Assembly (NCBI GenBank): GCA_045837725.1
Contig: JBEWZL010000017.1
Coordinates: 1-64,000 of the forward strand
DNA: 64,000 nucleotides
Source: Vermamoeba vermiformis
Lineage: Eukaryota
Direction of reading: 5' to 3'
Shown here: positions 1-12,986 of the stretch, in pieces
How the letters are laid out: every line of letters begins with the position of its first letter
Numbering within the stretch: position 1 is the stretch's first letter
Notes under the pieces: generated by a model
The model's database searches: none
Seen by the model: the letters and a program-made list of their open reading frames with translations, nothing else
What the model was told of the DNA's origin: nothing
Position numbers and translations under genes: made by a program

Positions 1-315
1 AGTGGTGTCAAAGAATTCATCAAAAGGAACTATGAGCACATGTCCCGAGAAGGACTACGTTACGCCATCGAAAAGATGAGCGGCCAAGACAAGGCAAAGC
101 TACTAGCTTACACGGGAAGTGCGAGCTCGGAAGAGATCTCTGAGGTACTTTCCGAATCTGCGGAACCTTCAGATGACGAGGACTTAGTCGTTCCTAAGAA
201 GAGCAAAAAGGTTACTAAGAAGAGGAAGATTGAAGAAGTTTCAGAAGATGAAGACGAGGGCGAGGACGAAAAGCCAATCCGAACTCGATCTGCCAAGGCT
301 GCGCGCAGAAAGTAA
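1..315 (+). CDS. 3' end of a gene; probable AlkD-like DNA alkylation repair (HEAT-like) protein with an acidic/basic tail
   Basis: Frame is open from base 1: VKEFIKRNYEHMSREGLRYAIEKM resembles the C-terminal LRYAIEK motif of DNA-alkylation-repair proteins; NLS-like KKRK follows. Truncated by the window edge. Confidence 0.5.
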   Translation, partial: SGVKEFIKRNYEHMSREGLRYAIEKMSGQDKAKLLAYTGSASSEEISEVLSESAEPSDDEDLVVPKKSKKVTKKRKIEEVSEDEDEGEDEKPIRTRSAKAARRK

Positions 316-350
316 CGGCTAAGTAAAAATAAAGACCATTTTATTATACA

Positions 351-2738
351 TTACGCGCTCGCATTTTCGATGGCGATGGGAGCAGGTACTACCGGCTCAA
401 CAACGACGGCTTGATCTGCGGGAGTCGCTGATCCTGAATTGACAGAATCACTTACAACAGGCGTAGATGGAGGTACTTGAAGATGTGGCTGCACGGTGGT
501 CACAGGCGCAGCAATTTGAGCTTGCAGCGAAGGTGCGTAAGCAGTGATCAGCGTCGGAGTTATTTTACGCGGCTTTTTCGCTGCTGGTTGCGGCGTTCCT
601 GATTGATCGCTCGATGATTGGTCCATTTCATCAGCCTTGCGCTTCAGAGGCGTTGTCTTCGTCGGCGAAGGTCTGAAGAAGTTGTCGAGTACCTTGGTAG
701 GCGATGATGTTGCTTTCTTAGGTTGCAAGATGTTAACAACTGGCGCAGCATTCTCTTTCGAGGCCTCAGCAGCGGCATTAGGAGCGATATTTTCCTTGTT
801 CTTTTTGACCTTGTTCTTCGCTTTCAGTTGTAACTCTAAGCGAGCTGCCTTGGAGTCTTCAATAGGCTTCATAGCGGCCACCAATTCTACGCAAAAATTA
901 AATTTCAACTTCTATCATGAAAAAAACTCGTTCGTCATCGATAACTTACCTTCGGGCGACAAAGGCTCACCGAGATCTGATTGATCAAAAGTCATGAACG
1001 AGCAGTAGCCGTCTGAAGATGAAATGCCGAGAGTATAGCCGTCGCTAGACCAAGACAAGTCGGTAATCGATGCGTAGTGGATCTTATTCGATACGACGAC
1101 AGCATTGGCGTGTTGAGTGTCGTAGATAAGCACACCATCTTGAGTTGCAACAGCATAGACCATTCTGTACGGCAATTGAAGGCCGCGGAACATGTCCTGA
1201 AATCGAGTTAGTAAATGTATTGTAACCCTCGTAGATTTCGTACCTCTTTAAACACGCTGTCAGGGCGGAGTTTGAATAACGTTGGATTGCATCGCACGAT
1301 CAAGGAAGGTTTGTCTGGGAGGGGCAAGTGCATAATAGGCCTAAGTACACATTAGTATCTGCCCACAAATAGAAACTATAAACTTACTTAGTGAGTTGAT
1401 GGCGGGAGAATACGTAAGTGGTATTGAAGTCTTCGTCGCCATTAGCGGTGGTCTTTTTGATCGTGCCAGTAGGAACAAATAACAGCGAACCTTCAGGGGA
1501 CCAGGACAAGCGACGGAAAAATCTACAAAGCTCGTCAGTTAAAAATCTTGTTGTTTTGATTTGCTTTGTAACTTACGACTTGACGGTTTCATCGAGGAAC
1601 ATTTTGTGGTCAGTAACGGGCTTATTGACTTGCGCATCGACACTAATGTTGTTAATATTGTCAGTGACCATAGCATCGGGTGCTATAGGAACGGATGCGT
1701 CAGATGTAGTTTGACCGACAGCTGCCTCGTTCTTTACTGCGCTTGCAGGCTTGTTAATTTGTCTCTTTTTCATTACTTTAACGCAATGGAATGAATTGTT
1801 CTTGATGCTCTTATTTTTTCGCCTTAAATAGAGATTAACCACAAATTCTTTGAGCGGATCGAGAATTGGACTTACTTGTAGACACGGCAAGTTTGATCTG
1901 AGCTTTGTGTCATAATATATTGATCTTGTGGGTCCCAACAAACACCTTGGACATAGTGTGTATGCTCTCTGAATTCGATAACTTGTTTCGCTTTACGGGA
2001 TGCGTTAGTCACGCGCCTTAAAATTGCAAAAATAAATTACTCTTACCTTGAACGACGTCCCAAATACAAGCAGTATTATCAACTGATCCACTAAAGATAT
2101 ACTGACTGTCAGGGGACCAAGACAGATCGTAAATTTCGGAAGATCCTCCTCTGTACACCGATTATCAGCAATTTTTTAACATTATTATCTAAAAATATAT
2201 GCGTACCTTAAGGTACTAACAACAGTCCAAACTTCTTTGCTTAAAGTATCGTCGTCATCATCGCCAAATTGAGCTTGAGGTTGCAAATTGGGATCGTGCT
2301 TCCAAACAAAAATAAAGCCATCTAAATACGAAAATAAAATTATTAGTAATGTTCATACGAAATAATTGCAATAATTATTACCATCGCTGCCTGACGCTAA
2401 ATATTCGCCTATTAATTTAAAAGGTATCATTAGCACTTGTATCGGTACAAGAATGTAAATAAATTTATTATTACCATTTGGTGAGAATCTGACCACGTTC
2501 ACCGAGCGCGTGTGACGGCGCAGATTCGCGCAAAATTCTACGTTGATCTTCTCGGGATTGTCTTTGTTAAAGCGCCATATCTAACGATAATATTAGCCAT
2601 GAATATTTTATTAATTATTATAATTACCTTTATTGTGTTATCAGCACCACCCGTCGCGATCTTTCCGGATGGATGAAAATCAATCGAAAAGACAGGCTCC
2701 TTGCCGTGCCAAACAACAAAGCACGTTTGAAAACGCAT
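351..2738 (-). CDS. CHAF1B: Chromatin assembly factor 1 subunit B (p60/Cac2), WD40 protein, multi-exon
   Basis: N-term [82 protein letters not shown]-domain-like PRKITPTLI in the tail. Confidence 0.9.
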
Positions 2739-3287
2739 TGAGGTGCCAAGTGATACAAATATTTATTTACAACACAACGACGAAAGTTGTTTTTAAATCG
2801 CGTAACGGCTACTTCACAACAGAATGGCGCCAAATTCGAACTAGCTCAATTTTACTCTTCTTCGTTCATTTTTCTTGATTTCGAACATGACTCTATCCTC
2901 TTCAGACATATTTTCAAGGTCTTCAACCTTCAACTCTTCTTTAATCTTCGCTTCTTGCTAAACGAAACCGATCGTCAGATCTATTTTTGTTAAAGAGACG
3001 CAAAAAATCATCATAATTTAATTTCATGTCCACTAAATTATACCTTATCCCCTCGTGCGCGGAAATCTGTAAAGTATTCGTTAGCAAATTTATTTGATAT
3101 TTTCGAATTGTTGGATCTTACACTGAATAACCATAGCAAGACTAGATGATACAAGCAAGCTACCGCTAATCACCATTACTCTGAATCTACCGGGAGTCAT
3201 CTTTTGAGCCATCTTGATAAGCTTTGGGTGTCGCTCGGTTTCTTTTGTTATTTTTAATCAAAGAACGGATCGCGACTACATAACACG

Positions 3288-5311
3288 ATGTCTTCTGATA
3301 AAAAGCGACCTATTGAAGAGACGTCCCCGGAGGATGAGAACCCTGCCAAGAAACAAAAGCTTGAAGAGTCCACTGATGTCGCGATCGCCGATGCAACTCC
3401 GGCAGCTGAGGCAAAGCCAGCTCCTACAAGTAATAATAATGGAGGAAAATCAAACAATAATAACAATAAAGAGGATGATGATGAAGACGAAATAGATGCA
3501 GCAACTGGTAAAAAAATCCCCAAAAGACGTGTTGCCCTTCTCGTCGGTTATTTGGGTGCAAACTTCCAAGGTCTTCAAAAGTAAGCATTTATATATTTTT
3601 TAAAAATTATTACGAGGTTAATCGGTATTATTTGCTTTCGGATCTGAAAAAATTCTCATAACCCGATTTTAATTTCAAGAAATCCTGGCGTTCGCACGAT
3701 CGAAGACGAGTTATTGAAGGCCATTCACCTCGCTGGAGGTATTTCCGACATCAACGCCGGCAATTTACGAAAGGTAAAGAAGATCGCACTTTGATTTTAA
3801 TTCTAAAATCTCTGCAGGTGAATTGGGGTCGATCAGCTCGTACTGATAAGGGTGTCTCAGCCATCGGCAACATTATTGCATTGAAACTTGGTAACTACTC
3901 AAAACTTTATCACCGATCTTGAATTACGCGTAACTTTGCTCACCTTAGTTTTGCACGATAATATTATCGAAAGAATTAATCAACATGTTACTTCCGAAAT
4001 CAAGGTCTTTGGTAAGTATATTCAAGCTTTAATAATAAACTAAGAAAGCTAATTAAAATATTTAATTTTTAGACCTGAAACGTGTCGGCAAACGATTCAA
4101 TCCTAAGACACGCTGCAATGGCCGAACATATCAATATTTCTTACCTACTTATGCTTTTAAACCCGTAAAAAAGATTGCACAGCCCGAAGCAGCTGCGCCT
4201 ACAACGGAAACACCCGCTGCTGAACCTGCTGTTGACGCGACGACTACGGAGGAAGGTGACAAGCCTAAAGTTGTCAAAACACCTGTTTGGGCTGAGACCG
4301 ACGAGCCCTGGGAATTCACCGAAGAGACGCGAGAAAAGATTAATCAGACCTTGAAGCGATACGTCGGAAGTCACAACTTCCACAACTTCACTAACAGTCT
4401 TGCGCCCAAAGACAAGAAATGCCAGCGCATCGTGAACTCATTTGAGGTGAGTCCCGTACATATTATACTACTACACGTATCTATTTAAAATCACTCACGC
4501 TTGATCCGTCGAAGTTGAGTCTTGAGATCTGATATTAACGGAGTTATGATGTAGTGCGGTAAGCCGTTCAAACTTGGCGATCAAGAATGGGTGGCATTGA
4601 CAGTCGAGGGACAAAGCTTTGTGCTGCATCAAATCAGAAAGATGGTCGGAATGATGGTGCCGATCGTGAAGGGCATCGCTGACACCAGTCTCATTGACAA
4701 GTGCTACAGATTTGGCAAGAAGTTCAGCACTCCTCTTGCTCCTGGATTTTGCTTGGTTTTGATTGAGGTAAGACCTCGGGCCGATATTTTCTTGCAAGTG
4801 AAATTATTTCTAAATTGTTGTTTTTAGTGCGACTTCAAACTTTACAACAGAAATTGTGCTCCTCATCCACCAATTGAGTGGTCTAGTATCCAAGGAGATT
4901 TGGATAAGTTCAAAACTGATATTGTTTTGCAACACATTGCCAATCAAGAAAAGACTGATCGACTGTAAGATATCAATTGCTTTTCAATGTCCTCTAATAC
5001 TAATTACTTTGCTTTAGCTTTGACAAGTGGTTGAGTGATGTGTACACTTATGAGTTTGATTATGAGAAGCGTAAGAAATATAGATAAGTGTAATAAGAGG
5101 GCATGCTTACTAATGATTTGTTACAGAGGCGGTTGAAGTGCCAAAGGACAAGTTGTATCAGACTGGCAGCAAGAAGCAACAAAACAAACGACCTCCTCGA
5201 GTATCACGTAATGAGGAAGATGCACTGAAAAACAATCAAAACCAAGTTGCTAAAGATGTGAAGAATGCTGAAGAAGAAGAAGAAAATGAAGATGAAGATT
5301 ATGATGAATAA
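3288..5311 (+). CDS. PUS1: tRNA pseudouridine synthase 1 (TruA family), multi-exon
   Basis: KRRVALLVGYLGANFQGLQ, catalytic RSARTDKGVSA, YVGSHNFHNFT and GQSFVLHQIRKMVG motifs across GT-AG exons. Confidence 0.93.
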
Positions 5312-5404
5312 AATTATCTGGTAGGTTCAAGTTTGGAGATAAATGAAAGAAAATTTCATGTCATCCACAAGAATGATAAATCAAAAACAGCATTATTTTA
5401 TTCC

Positions 5405-8400
5405 TTAAGATTTGAAATAAGATAAGTCCAGCCCATACTTGGCTACCAACTCATCAATTCTGGCGTCAGTCAGAGTGGTAGTGGTATCTATGCTAGTATG
5501 TGGTGCAGCAGTTCCTTGGGTTTGATCTAAAACCTCTGGGGAATTATGGGATTTAATTGGCTTTGCAGAGCTGATTTTTTGGATTGGCTTGGGTAAGTCA
5601 TTGGTGGTGATAATGATGATTGGAAACTTCTTGCCATGCTCAGTCGTGTTGTATTGACTGATGTCTATCCATGCATCTTCTGTGAAACCTTTTGCAAATA
5701 CAACCTGCAATTTAACCATAAAAATGATATGGCGAGAGAAAAAAGCCAGGGGAGCAAAAGAGAACGAGGGCGCGCGTTTTTCTTATCAATTTATTTCCCG
5801 TCCCCTCCCCCCCGCTTTCTTTTTTCTTTTTTTTTCGCTCCCCCCGCCTCCGTCGCCGCCCCCTCCCCTCCTGCCCCGTCCCTCCCCCCCTGAGCCCCCC
5901 CCCCCCCCTCCCCGCCAGAGCTGAAGAGTTTCTACTCCTGGGCTGAGACTCGTGGACCTCGCCATATACCTCCAAAATTTTCCACTTACTCGAATCCATG
6001 CAAAGTTCGGTGGCAATGCAGCAATTGCTATCTTCAATCGTTCATGTCTTGCTGACATTGATTCACCTTGGTACATTTTGGTTGGATCCAGTGGACTAAG
6101 TGCTTCTTGTAGTGTTGTTGGGTTCATAGATACTTTATGATTTTTTGACTGTGCCAAAAGAAATCCACTTGGCTTTTTTGTCTCATTTGATAGCAATACT
6201 CCAATTGTTTCAGGTTGCGTTGCTAGTGAAGGGCATAGGAGGACATCAAAATGATTGCTGTACTTTTCAAAGATTTCAACATTATCCTTGTCCTGCCAAT
6301 TCTCCACATGAACTTGTGGTGATAGATGAAATTTTGCTGCCACACTGTTGTTCAAATTTAGTTGTGCTACTTTGCTCAGTTGAGAAATTGAGGCAGAATC
6401 TTGTGCCTTCAGTTTAAGGTGAAGATTCAACATGTATTCTCCAACTGCTCCATCATTAAGTGGCACTGCTAACTTAAGGGTTTGTGGGAATTCCTAAAAA
6501 AATTAATTAGAGAGTGATTATTAAGCGTTCTCACCTTCACAAGCATGTTCAAGGGGTATGCATGCATTGCATGATGCAAATAGGGGTCAATATCAGAGTG
6601 TTTAACCTGCACTCCTGATTTGCTAGCAATGTCTGTTGGTAATGCCAAGATTCCAGATGCCACAAGATGGTCAACAGTTGAAATTTCTAGTTCGTTTGAT
6701 TTGCCTCCAAGAGATACTTGCAAGATAATGCTCGTGAGAGACTGATAAAGATTAGTTCATGAAACAACAATGTAAATGCATACTTCTTTGAGCTGTGGTT
6801 TGATGAGTGTTCTTTTATAGTTTGTTGTTATTTTTTTGGCCTGGGAATTTGTTGTTTGAACAATTTTGTCTACAAATTGCTGCAAGGTTTTTGTATTCTC
6901 AATACTGACCTACAATTTAGGTTAGTATTTCATAGGAGGATAAATTCTATAGCATACCCTAAGAATATCAAACAAATATACTGAACGGCCAGATAAGTCA
7001 TTTAGGGTTGTTGCATGCTTGTCTAAATGCTTAAATGCTGCTGCACCGTAAGCATGTTTGATCAAGTTGCCAAATCTTTGAGTTGAATCATCTGCCTTAG
7101 TTTCTAAAATAAATGACTCCACACGTAATCTGTGGCGAGAGTAGAGCTGGCCATCTAAATTTGCAAGCATTGTAGCAGAATATGCAGTTGATACTGTCAT
7201 TTGCTATGAATTCATTAGAATTCTTATTGTGAGCACAAAATAACTGTACTTACTGGCAACTGTTGCCTTGCAAAGTCCTCCATAACAATAGTTAACAGGT
7301 AGAGTAATGAAGTTTGTGCAAAATCATTGGGAACTCCTGGTCGAGGCTCCTTACATCCTTTGCGCTCAGCTTTTAGCCGTTCAAGCTATAAATTTGGATT
7401 AATTGGTTTGCATGTTGGAAACAGAATCACTAACCAAAAAAGCTTCCAATCCTGCTCCTGGCCACTTTTCTGGAGGAAAGTGCTGCGTATTTCGATTGGA
7501 CAAGCTGAAGTTATCAGGAGGTGCAGAATGTAAGAATTCTCCAACAAGCTTTGTGCTAAATTGCTGCACTTTATCATAAAAAAAGGCCATTTTCTTTGAC
7601 TTTGCATAATGAATCATTTCCCTTTTAAAGGAGTCAAATGCCAAACTATTTCTGCAGCGCATTGCAACATTCTTTTTCCACATGCCATAAATTATCGCTT
7701 GCCCTCCATCGAATGTTGCTCGAACAAATGCATTTCTTTGCAGCTCTTCTGACAGGTTAAGTTCAGAAGCTAAAGTACTTATTAGTAGAGCTCTCTTCCA
7801 TCAAAATGTCATACCTTCAGCATAAAAATACTTTGCATATTCAATAAATGTTAGTGGGATAAGGGCAATGATGTCTGTGGCAAGATTTGTAAATGCTTTT
7901 TCTTCTGCATAGTCCCCAACTCCACTGTTGCCAATATAATGGAGCTTGTTCTTTTCAGAGGTAATAATTTTGACAGCTTCTTCTAAAAACATCATGTGGC
8001 AGTCTTCTCTGAAGCTCATTAATATCCCCCCTTTGTCCATGACAAATTGCTTTGCAAGGTGTGTTTTGCCAGTGCCACTCACTACAATAAGGTAAGCTGC
8101 AGTCTTTCACACTAAGTGAGTACATACTTTGAATCAAGTGCAATAGTGATGCATTTTGATCAGATGCAACTGATGTTTGTACAATGTTGCAAAATTGTTT
8201 GTAGTGTTCTGAGGTGCAAACATCTGTGAAGTAGGATGGATCCCAATGAGTGCCCCAAGTCGCAAGTGGCAGGCATCTATGAACTCTGGGAGAAATTGTT
8301 TTTTTCTGGTAATCCACATTGTTGCACAATTGTAGAACTTTGTGCATTTTCAAAACTGTTTGGTGAATGATCATTTTAAGTCGAGATTCATCACTCAGGT

Positions 8401-8930
8401 ACCCAGACTGAGCAAGATAACTGCTAAATGTCAACAAGATGCTGTGAGCTTCACTTTCAGTAAATCCAAGAGCTATTAGCCATGATTGGTCAAGGTTCTC
8501 TAATGACTGTCCAGTTAATCTGCTCATGAAACTTTCAAATTTTGAAGACGGAACTGGCTTGAAGTCTTTGAGCCATTGCAGGAGTTCTGATTGTGACCAC
8601 TCAGAAGCTATATTGTGTCAACAAAAAGTTCGATTGGAACAAGCCTACCTTTTTTCGTTGAGTAATTATTGTTAACGTGTTTGCTTGTCGAAAAATTCCA
8701 CCGGAAAGCAATTACTTTAGGAACTGTTTGCTTACTAAAATTCTATTAATTCCTAAATGAACGAAATATTTGACTTACTGTCGCTGGTTGAACAATGCAC
8801 CTATTTAATCAAAAAATTATTAATTTGCAGCTTGATTTAATTAATTTCAATTCTGACCTGCGGTGACTAAAACTGCCTTGATTCCTTGGCTAGGGCACCG
8901 TTTGCATGGCCTCCAAAGCAGTCGTAGCAT
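5405..8930 (-). CDS. Crinkler/CR-like protein: N-terminal presequence, SAM-like domain, P-loop NTPase and PD-(D/E)xK restriction-endonuclease-like domain
   Basis: Manual splicing gives a continuous frame. SAM-like WSQSELLQWL..LTGQSLENLDQSWLIALGF; Walker A IQMSGTGKT; Walker B-like AFFYDKVQ; LSGR; REase-like GAVGEY..PETIGVLL..LLAQSK..ALSPLDP. Confidence 0.65.
5731..5963. mobile_element. MITE-like non-autonomous insertion (~233 bp) inside an intron
   Basis: Ends GGCGAG...CTCGCC flanked by ATAT on both sides (5727-5730, 5964-5967). Removing it with one ATAT shrinks the 285-nt intron (5705-5989) to a typical 48 nt. Confidence 0.65.
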
Positions 8931-9182
8931 TTGGTATTAGATCCAACCGTTTTGTTGTGTTCTCGTTTTTAGTTGTGTTAGTTTGAAAAACTTGTTCCCA
9001 ATTTAGTCGTACAAACTTACAATCGAATAAAATGAGCACCATTCCAGCTGTGTTGCCGCCGCTATATTTTTCTTTCCGAAAATAATGACCTGCCTCGCGA
9101 AATAGGAGAACAGAAAAGATCGTAAGGAACTATGATAAATTGAATTTTTAAATTTCTGTTCTTATAATTATTCGCTGCCTGT

Positions 9183-11154
9183 TCATTTCGACTTCGGAGT
9201 GAGCTGCACCAAGCAAGGTTTGACAGGTCTGAACACGCCCATCACTTGCTCTTTGGGCATCAGATCGGTCACTTTGTCGCTCATCTGAGCATCGAAACGA
9301 TCCAAGAAGCTGAATACAAGTGTCTTAATGTTCATCGTTGCGAATTTAACGCCTGTGCAGGGATGACGACCAGTGCCAAAACTGACATTTTGATACGGCT
9401 CTTTCGCCTCCGTTAAGAACCGATCCGGGTTGTGTGAACCAGGTGCAGAGTAGATAGAAGGGTTATGCGATATTAAGCCATAAGGGAAGATTAAGTACCA
9501 ATCTAAAAGCAAGAATTAAACCAGATCTGGCACACAGAAAATTGTTTCGTGGATGTGATTTCTCGACACTTTTTTCAACTTACCTTTCGGAATAACATAT
9601 CTATCAGCAACGTTCAAGTCTTGCAACGAGTAGCGTGGCGCAAATCCACCAATGCAAATGCGAACTGTCTCGTAGATGAGGCGCGTCGTGAAGGGCAAAC
9701 CATTGATCAACAAATTAGCCACATCTTCACCTGCATTTAACGCGGCAAAATATTGTTCTTTTTCTTCCATAACTTTAGCTCTCTATTGTGTTCAGTATTA
9801 ATAACAGTAATGTTGAAATCATAACTAGTTATCGTACCAAGTTTGCGTCACTTGCGACGAAAGCCAAGCACCAGGCACTCGTGGCATAAGTGTTGGTAGT
9901 ACCAGCGAAAATGATCGAGAAAATAGCGAGAGAAATCAACTCGTAGTCTGGTCCGCCTGTCAAAACAAATGAAATGTTAAACGTTCAAAATCGTTGTGAC
10001 ATGGCACGTGTCGATCTGTAGCCGTTTGAACGAATTAAGCCGCAAAAATTTTGCATCCAAAAGTACGTAAAAATTTCATACTACGTAAACGGATCATTAT
10101 TGGGTTAATTTTTTGTGCGACATCCGTATTTAAAGTTTTTTTCTTACCGTTAGGAGTGCGCAATTCTTGAATCAAAAAGTTGAAAAAATCGGGCTCGGAG
10201 TTCTTAGTAGCAATGCGACTGTCAATAGCCTTAGTGACGAGTTGGATCACCTGGTTAAATTGTTCGGTACTGGTTTTCTTGCCCCAAGGCATCGAGTAAT
10301 ACATAACTCGCTTCAAACTCTTCATTCTGTCTTCAATATCAAGTTCCTTAACCAAATGAACGAACTGGTCCAATTCTGCGCCTTTCAGATCGTCGCCGAG
10401 AAAAGATCTGAAATTTAATTTTAGTTAAATTGTCCAAATTAGTAAAATATTATCGTAATCATACCTAATCATGCCATTAAGTGTTAAATGATCGACTTCT
10501 TCGAATAAATTGATGGTACGGGTATTTCCGGCCCAATGGTTGTCGAAGTAATCATCGACTTGTCGTTTCAATAGCTTGGCAAAGTACGAGTAGCGCTCCG
10601 TAGAAAAAGCTTTGGCGAATACTTCGGTCAAATAAGTTTTGGTTTGATAGAAAAGTGGCGGCGAGGCGATCTTGTGGAAGATCTAAAAATGAAATTCAAT
10701 TAATTTAAAGTTTAGTAATGCGTCAAATAAATATATTATATTTTTGGGTAAGGTTATGTGATTTTACTGTCGTCGGAATTATAGCCGAGTGATTTACCGA
10801 TCCACAAATTTTATTGATTTTAAATTATTAATTACTTACGAAATAACCCTTCAGAAAATCCGCTTCTTTAGCAGCAAAGAACGTCTTGGCGTACTCGGGG
10901 CTGGTGAATAAAGCGATATCGCTCCAGAAAGGAACTCTAATCCAGACCAAGTCGCCGTACTTCTTTTGAACTACATCAAAAAAGCCGTTCTTTTTGCCCG
11001 CAGAAGACTTCATAATAGATAAGATCTCGCTGAAGGTAAGACGAGGCGGAAGTTCTAATTCAGGATAAGTAGTACTCTTCTTTGGCGCGGGATGCTTGAA
11101 CCAAATCCACGCCGCAAAGACGGTGGCAAAGGTGAAAAGAATATATAATAGCAT
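9183..11154 (-). CDS. Cytochrome P450, ER-anchored, CYP51/CYP7-clan-like
   Basis: N-terminal TM helix, I-helix IFAGTTNT, ETVR (ExxR), PDRF, heme motif FGTGRHPCTG. Confidence 0.9.
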
Positions 11155-11623
11155 CGCTTCTACTTGAATAAATAGTCTTTCGTGTTCGTCAGAGAAATCT
11201 AAATTGGGAAATTGAATCAGACAAATAGAACGAAAGTCAAGACTTAGAACTTCGCTCCACTACTATTCGCAATCTCGCTGAATATTCTTAATGAAAAGCG
11301 ATTTGTACACTTGTTGAAATAAAAACAACGATATTATCCGAAACCTTGTTTTCCAAAAAAGGAGATCCGTTCCTAACCAAAAATTCCTTTGTAAAGAACG
11401 GTACGATCGAAACTATAACATCATACCGAAGTAAGTTAGAACTTGCCTAAGGGAGATTGCGGTTCAAAGGTTAATCAATGATAATTTGTTCTCCAGTGTA
11501 CGCCTGTTGTAACGGAAATTGTCGCTCATCTTGGCACCGTTAGACAACATCAATTCAACCACGTTCAATTGGTAATAGCATTATGAAATATTGATTTATT
11601 GTAATGTATCAAAAAAATTTCTA

Positions 11624-12986
11624 TTATTCGCGATTAGCAATCACGAACAAGCCAAGAATGCCGATCAGAGCGAACTTGAGTTGAGGATAATCGTTCATAA
11701 TAATAGTCACCATTCCAACATAGGGCATAAAACTAAAACGACTCATATTAATTTCAAAAAAAATAACGAATAAAATACTGAATAAAATTCAAAAAAAATG
11801 TTGGATGTGGACTTACCCTTTAGCGCGACCAATAATATGATGATTTTGCAAGTAATGCAAGTTAGGATTGACTTCATAATACAATGGACGATCATCTCCA
11901 GGGTTGTTATCTCCTTTAGTCAAGATCCATGACGTTCCATTAACGCTATCCAAAAAAATTTCCTTAATTAGTCAAAATTCAATTTGCGCAAGTAGTTATC
12001 TCTCCTAATATAGTCATTCGATCCATATTTAGTAACTTACGTTTCATGAATTTGCAGTACACGATGCACGATCGGAATATCTCGACCTTCGAGTCTATAA
12101 ACGACAATTTCTCCAACAGATACAGGGTCGTCATTGTGGTACAAAAACAACAAATCTCCGCGGTAGAATGCAGGCTCCATACTTCCACTTTTGGTAATAA
12201 GGTATTGTTAGTTACTATTTTCAGAATAACAAAGTAGACAAGATCGCAAAAAATAAAGCGAGTAAATTGGTCTAGAGTATGATTAATTGTATAATTCAAT
12301 GTATATAGCACCCCTTGTGATAGCATTATTTTCATAATAAGAAAATTGCCCGACAGAAAGTGCGAATCCAAAATAAAAAGTTGAGGATCCTTTGATTTTA
12401 ACTCTAATCATCTTATTGAGCTTAAATATCTTGATATGAATTGTTTGCTATGATGTGCATTATTGTAGACGTTACCTGAGTACTACGACAATAGGACTTT
12501 CGCTGCCAGTGACGATCTTCAAACTGTTCCAGATCATGAGCGCAGTTGACACGATGAGACCAAAACTAATTATTTGTTGAAAGAGCTGTATAATAGTATG
12601 GTTAGAAGCAGTAAATATACAAATCAGAGGCCATGCACGGTCAAAAAAAAATTGCGTATTTTGATCTCTGCGTTGCATAGCTTAAATTTGGGTAAATAAA
12701 ATTCTAAAATTATCTGCATGTTATTTAATATATGCATGGATTGTATTATTTAATATCTTGGCGGATCTCGAGAATAAAAAAAAAGATTTTTTCATTCGTT
12801 ATTAAATTGAATTATAGAACATCAAATGCCGTAAAATAATCTACCACAGTATTTTATACATTAATATAATATTTGTGCAGTTAATCCTGCAGATCTAAAC
12901 AAAGAAGTTTTGAACAACAGTAGAATCCGTACCTGTCGTGCTCTCATCCGGCTAATAGCGCCGAATATTTCATTGACTGAATCCAT
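11624..12986 (-). CDS. SEC11: Signal peptidase complex catalytic subunit
   Basis: [52 protein letters not shown]. Confidence 0.96.

Noticed and set aside
5636-5999. Poly-Pro/poly-Gly ORFs in the ORF track
   Set aside because: They are translations of the low-complexity intronic insertion; the real exons join as WIR|VVFAKG.
7756-7812. In-frame TGA between two same-frame ORFs (possible recoding or pseudogene)
   Set aside because: It lies inside a 45-nt GTATGA...CTAAT...TTTAG intron, and splicing restores the frame.
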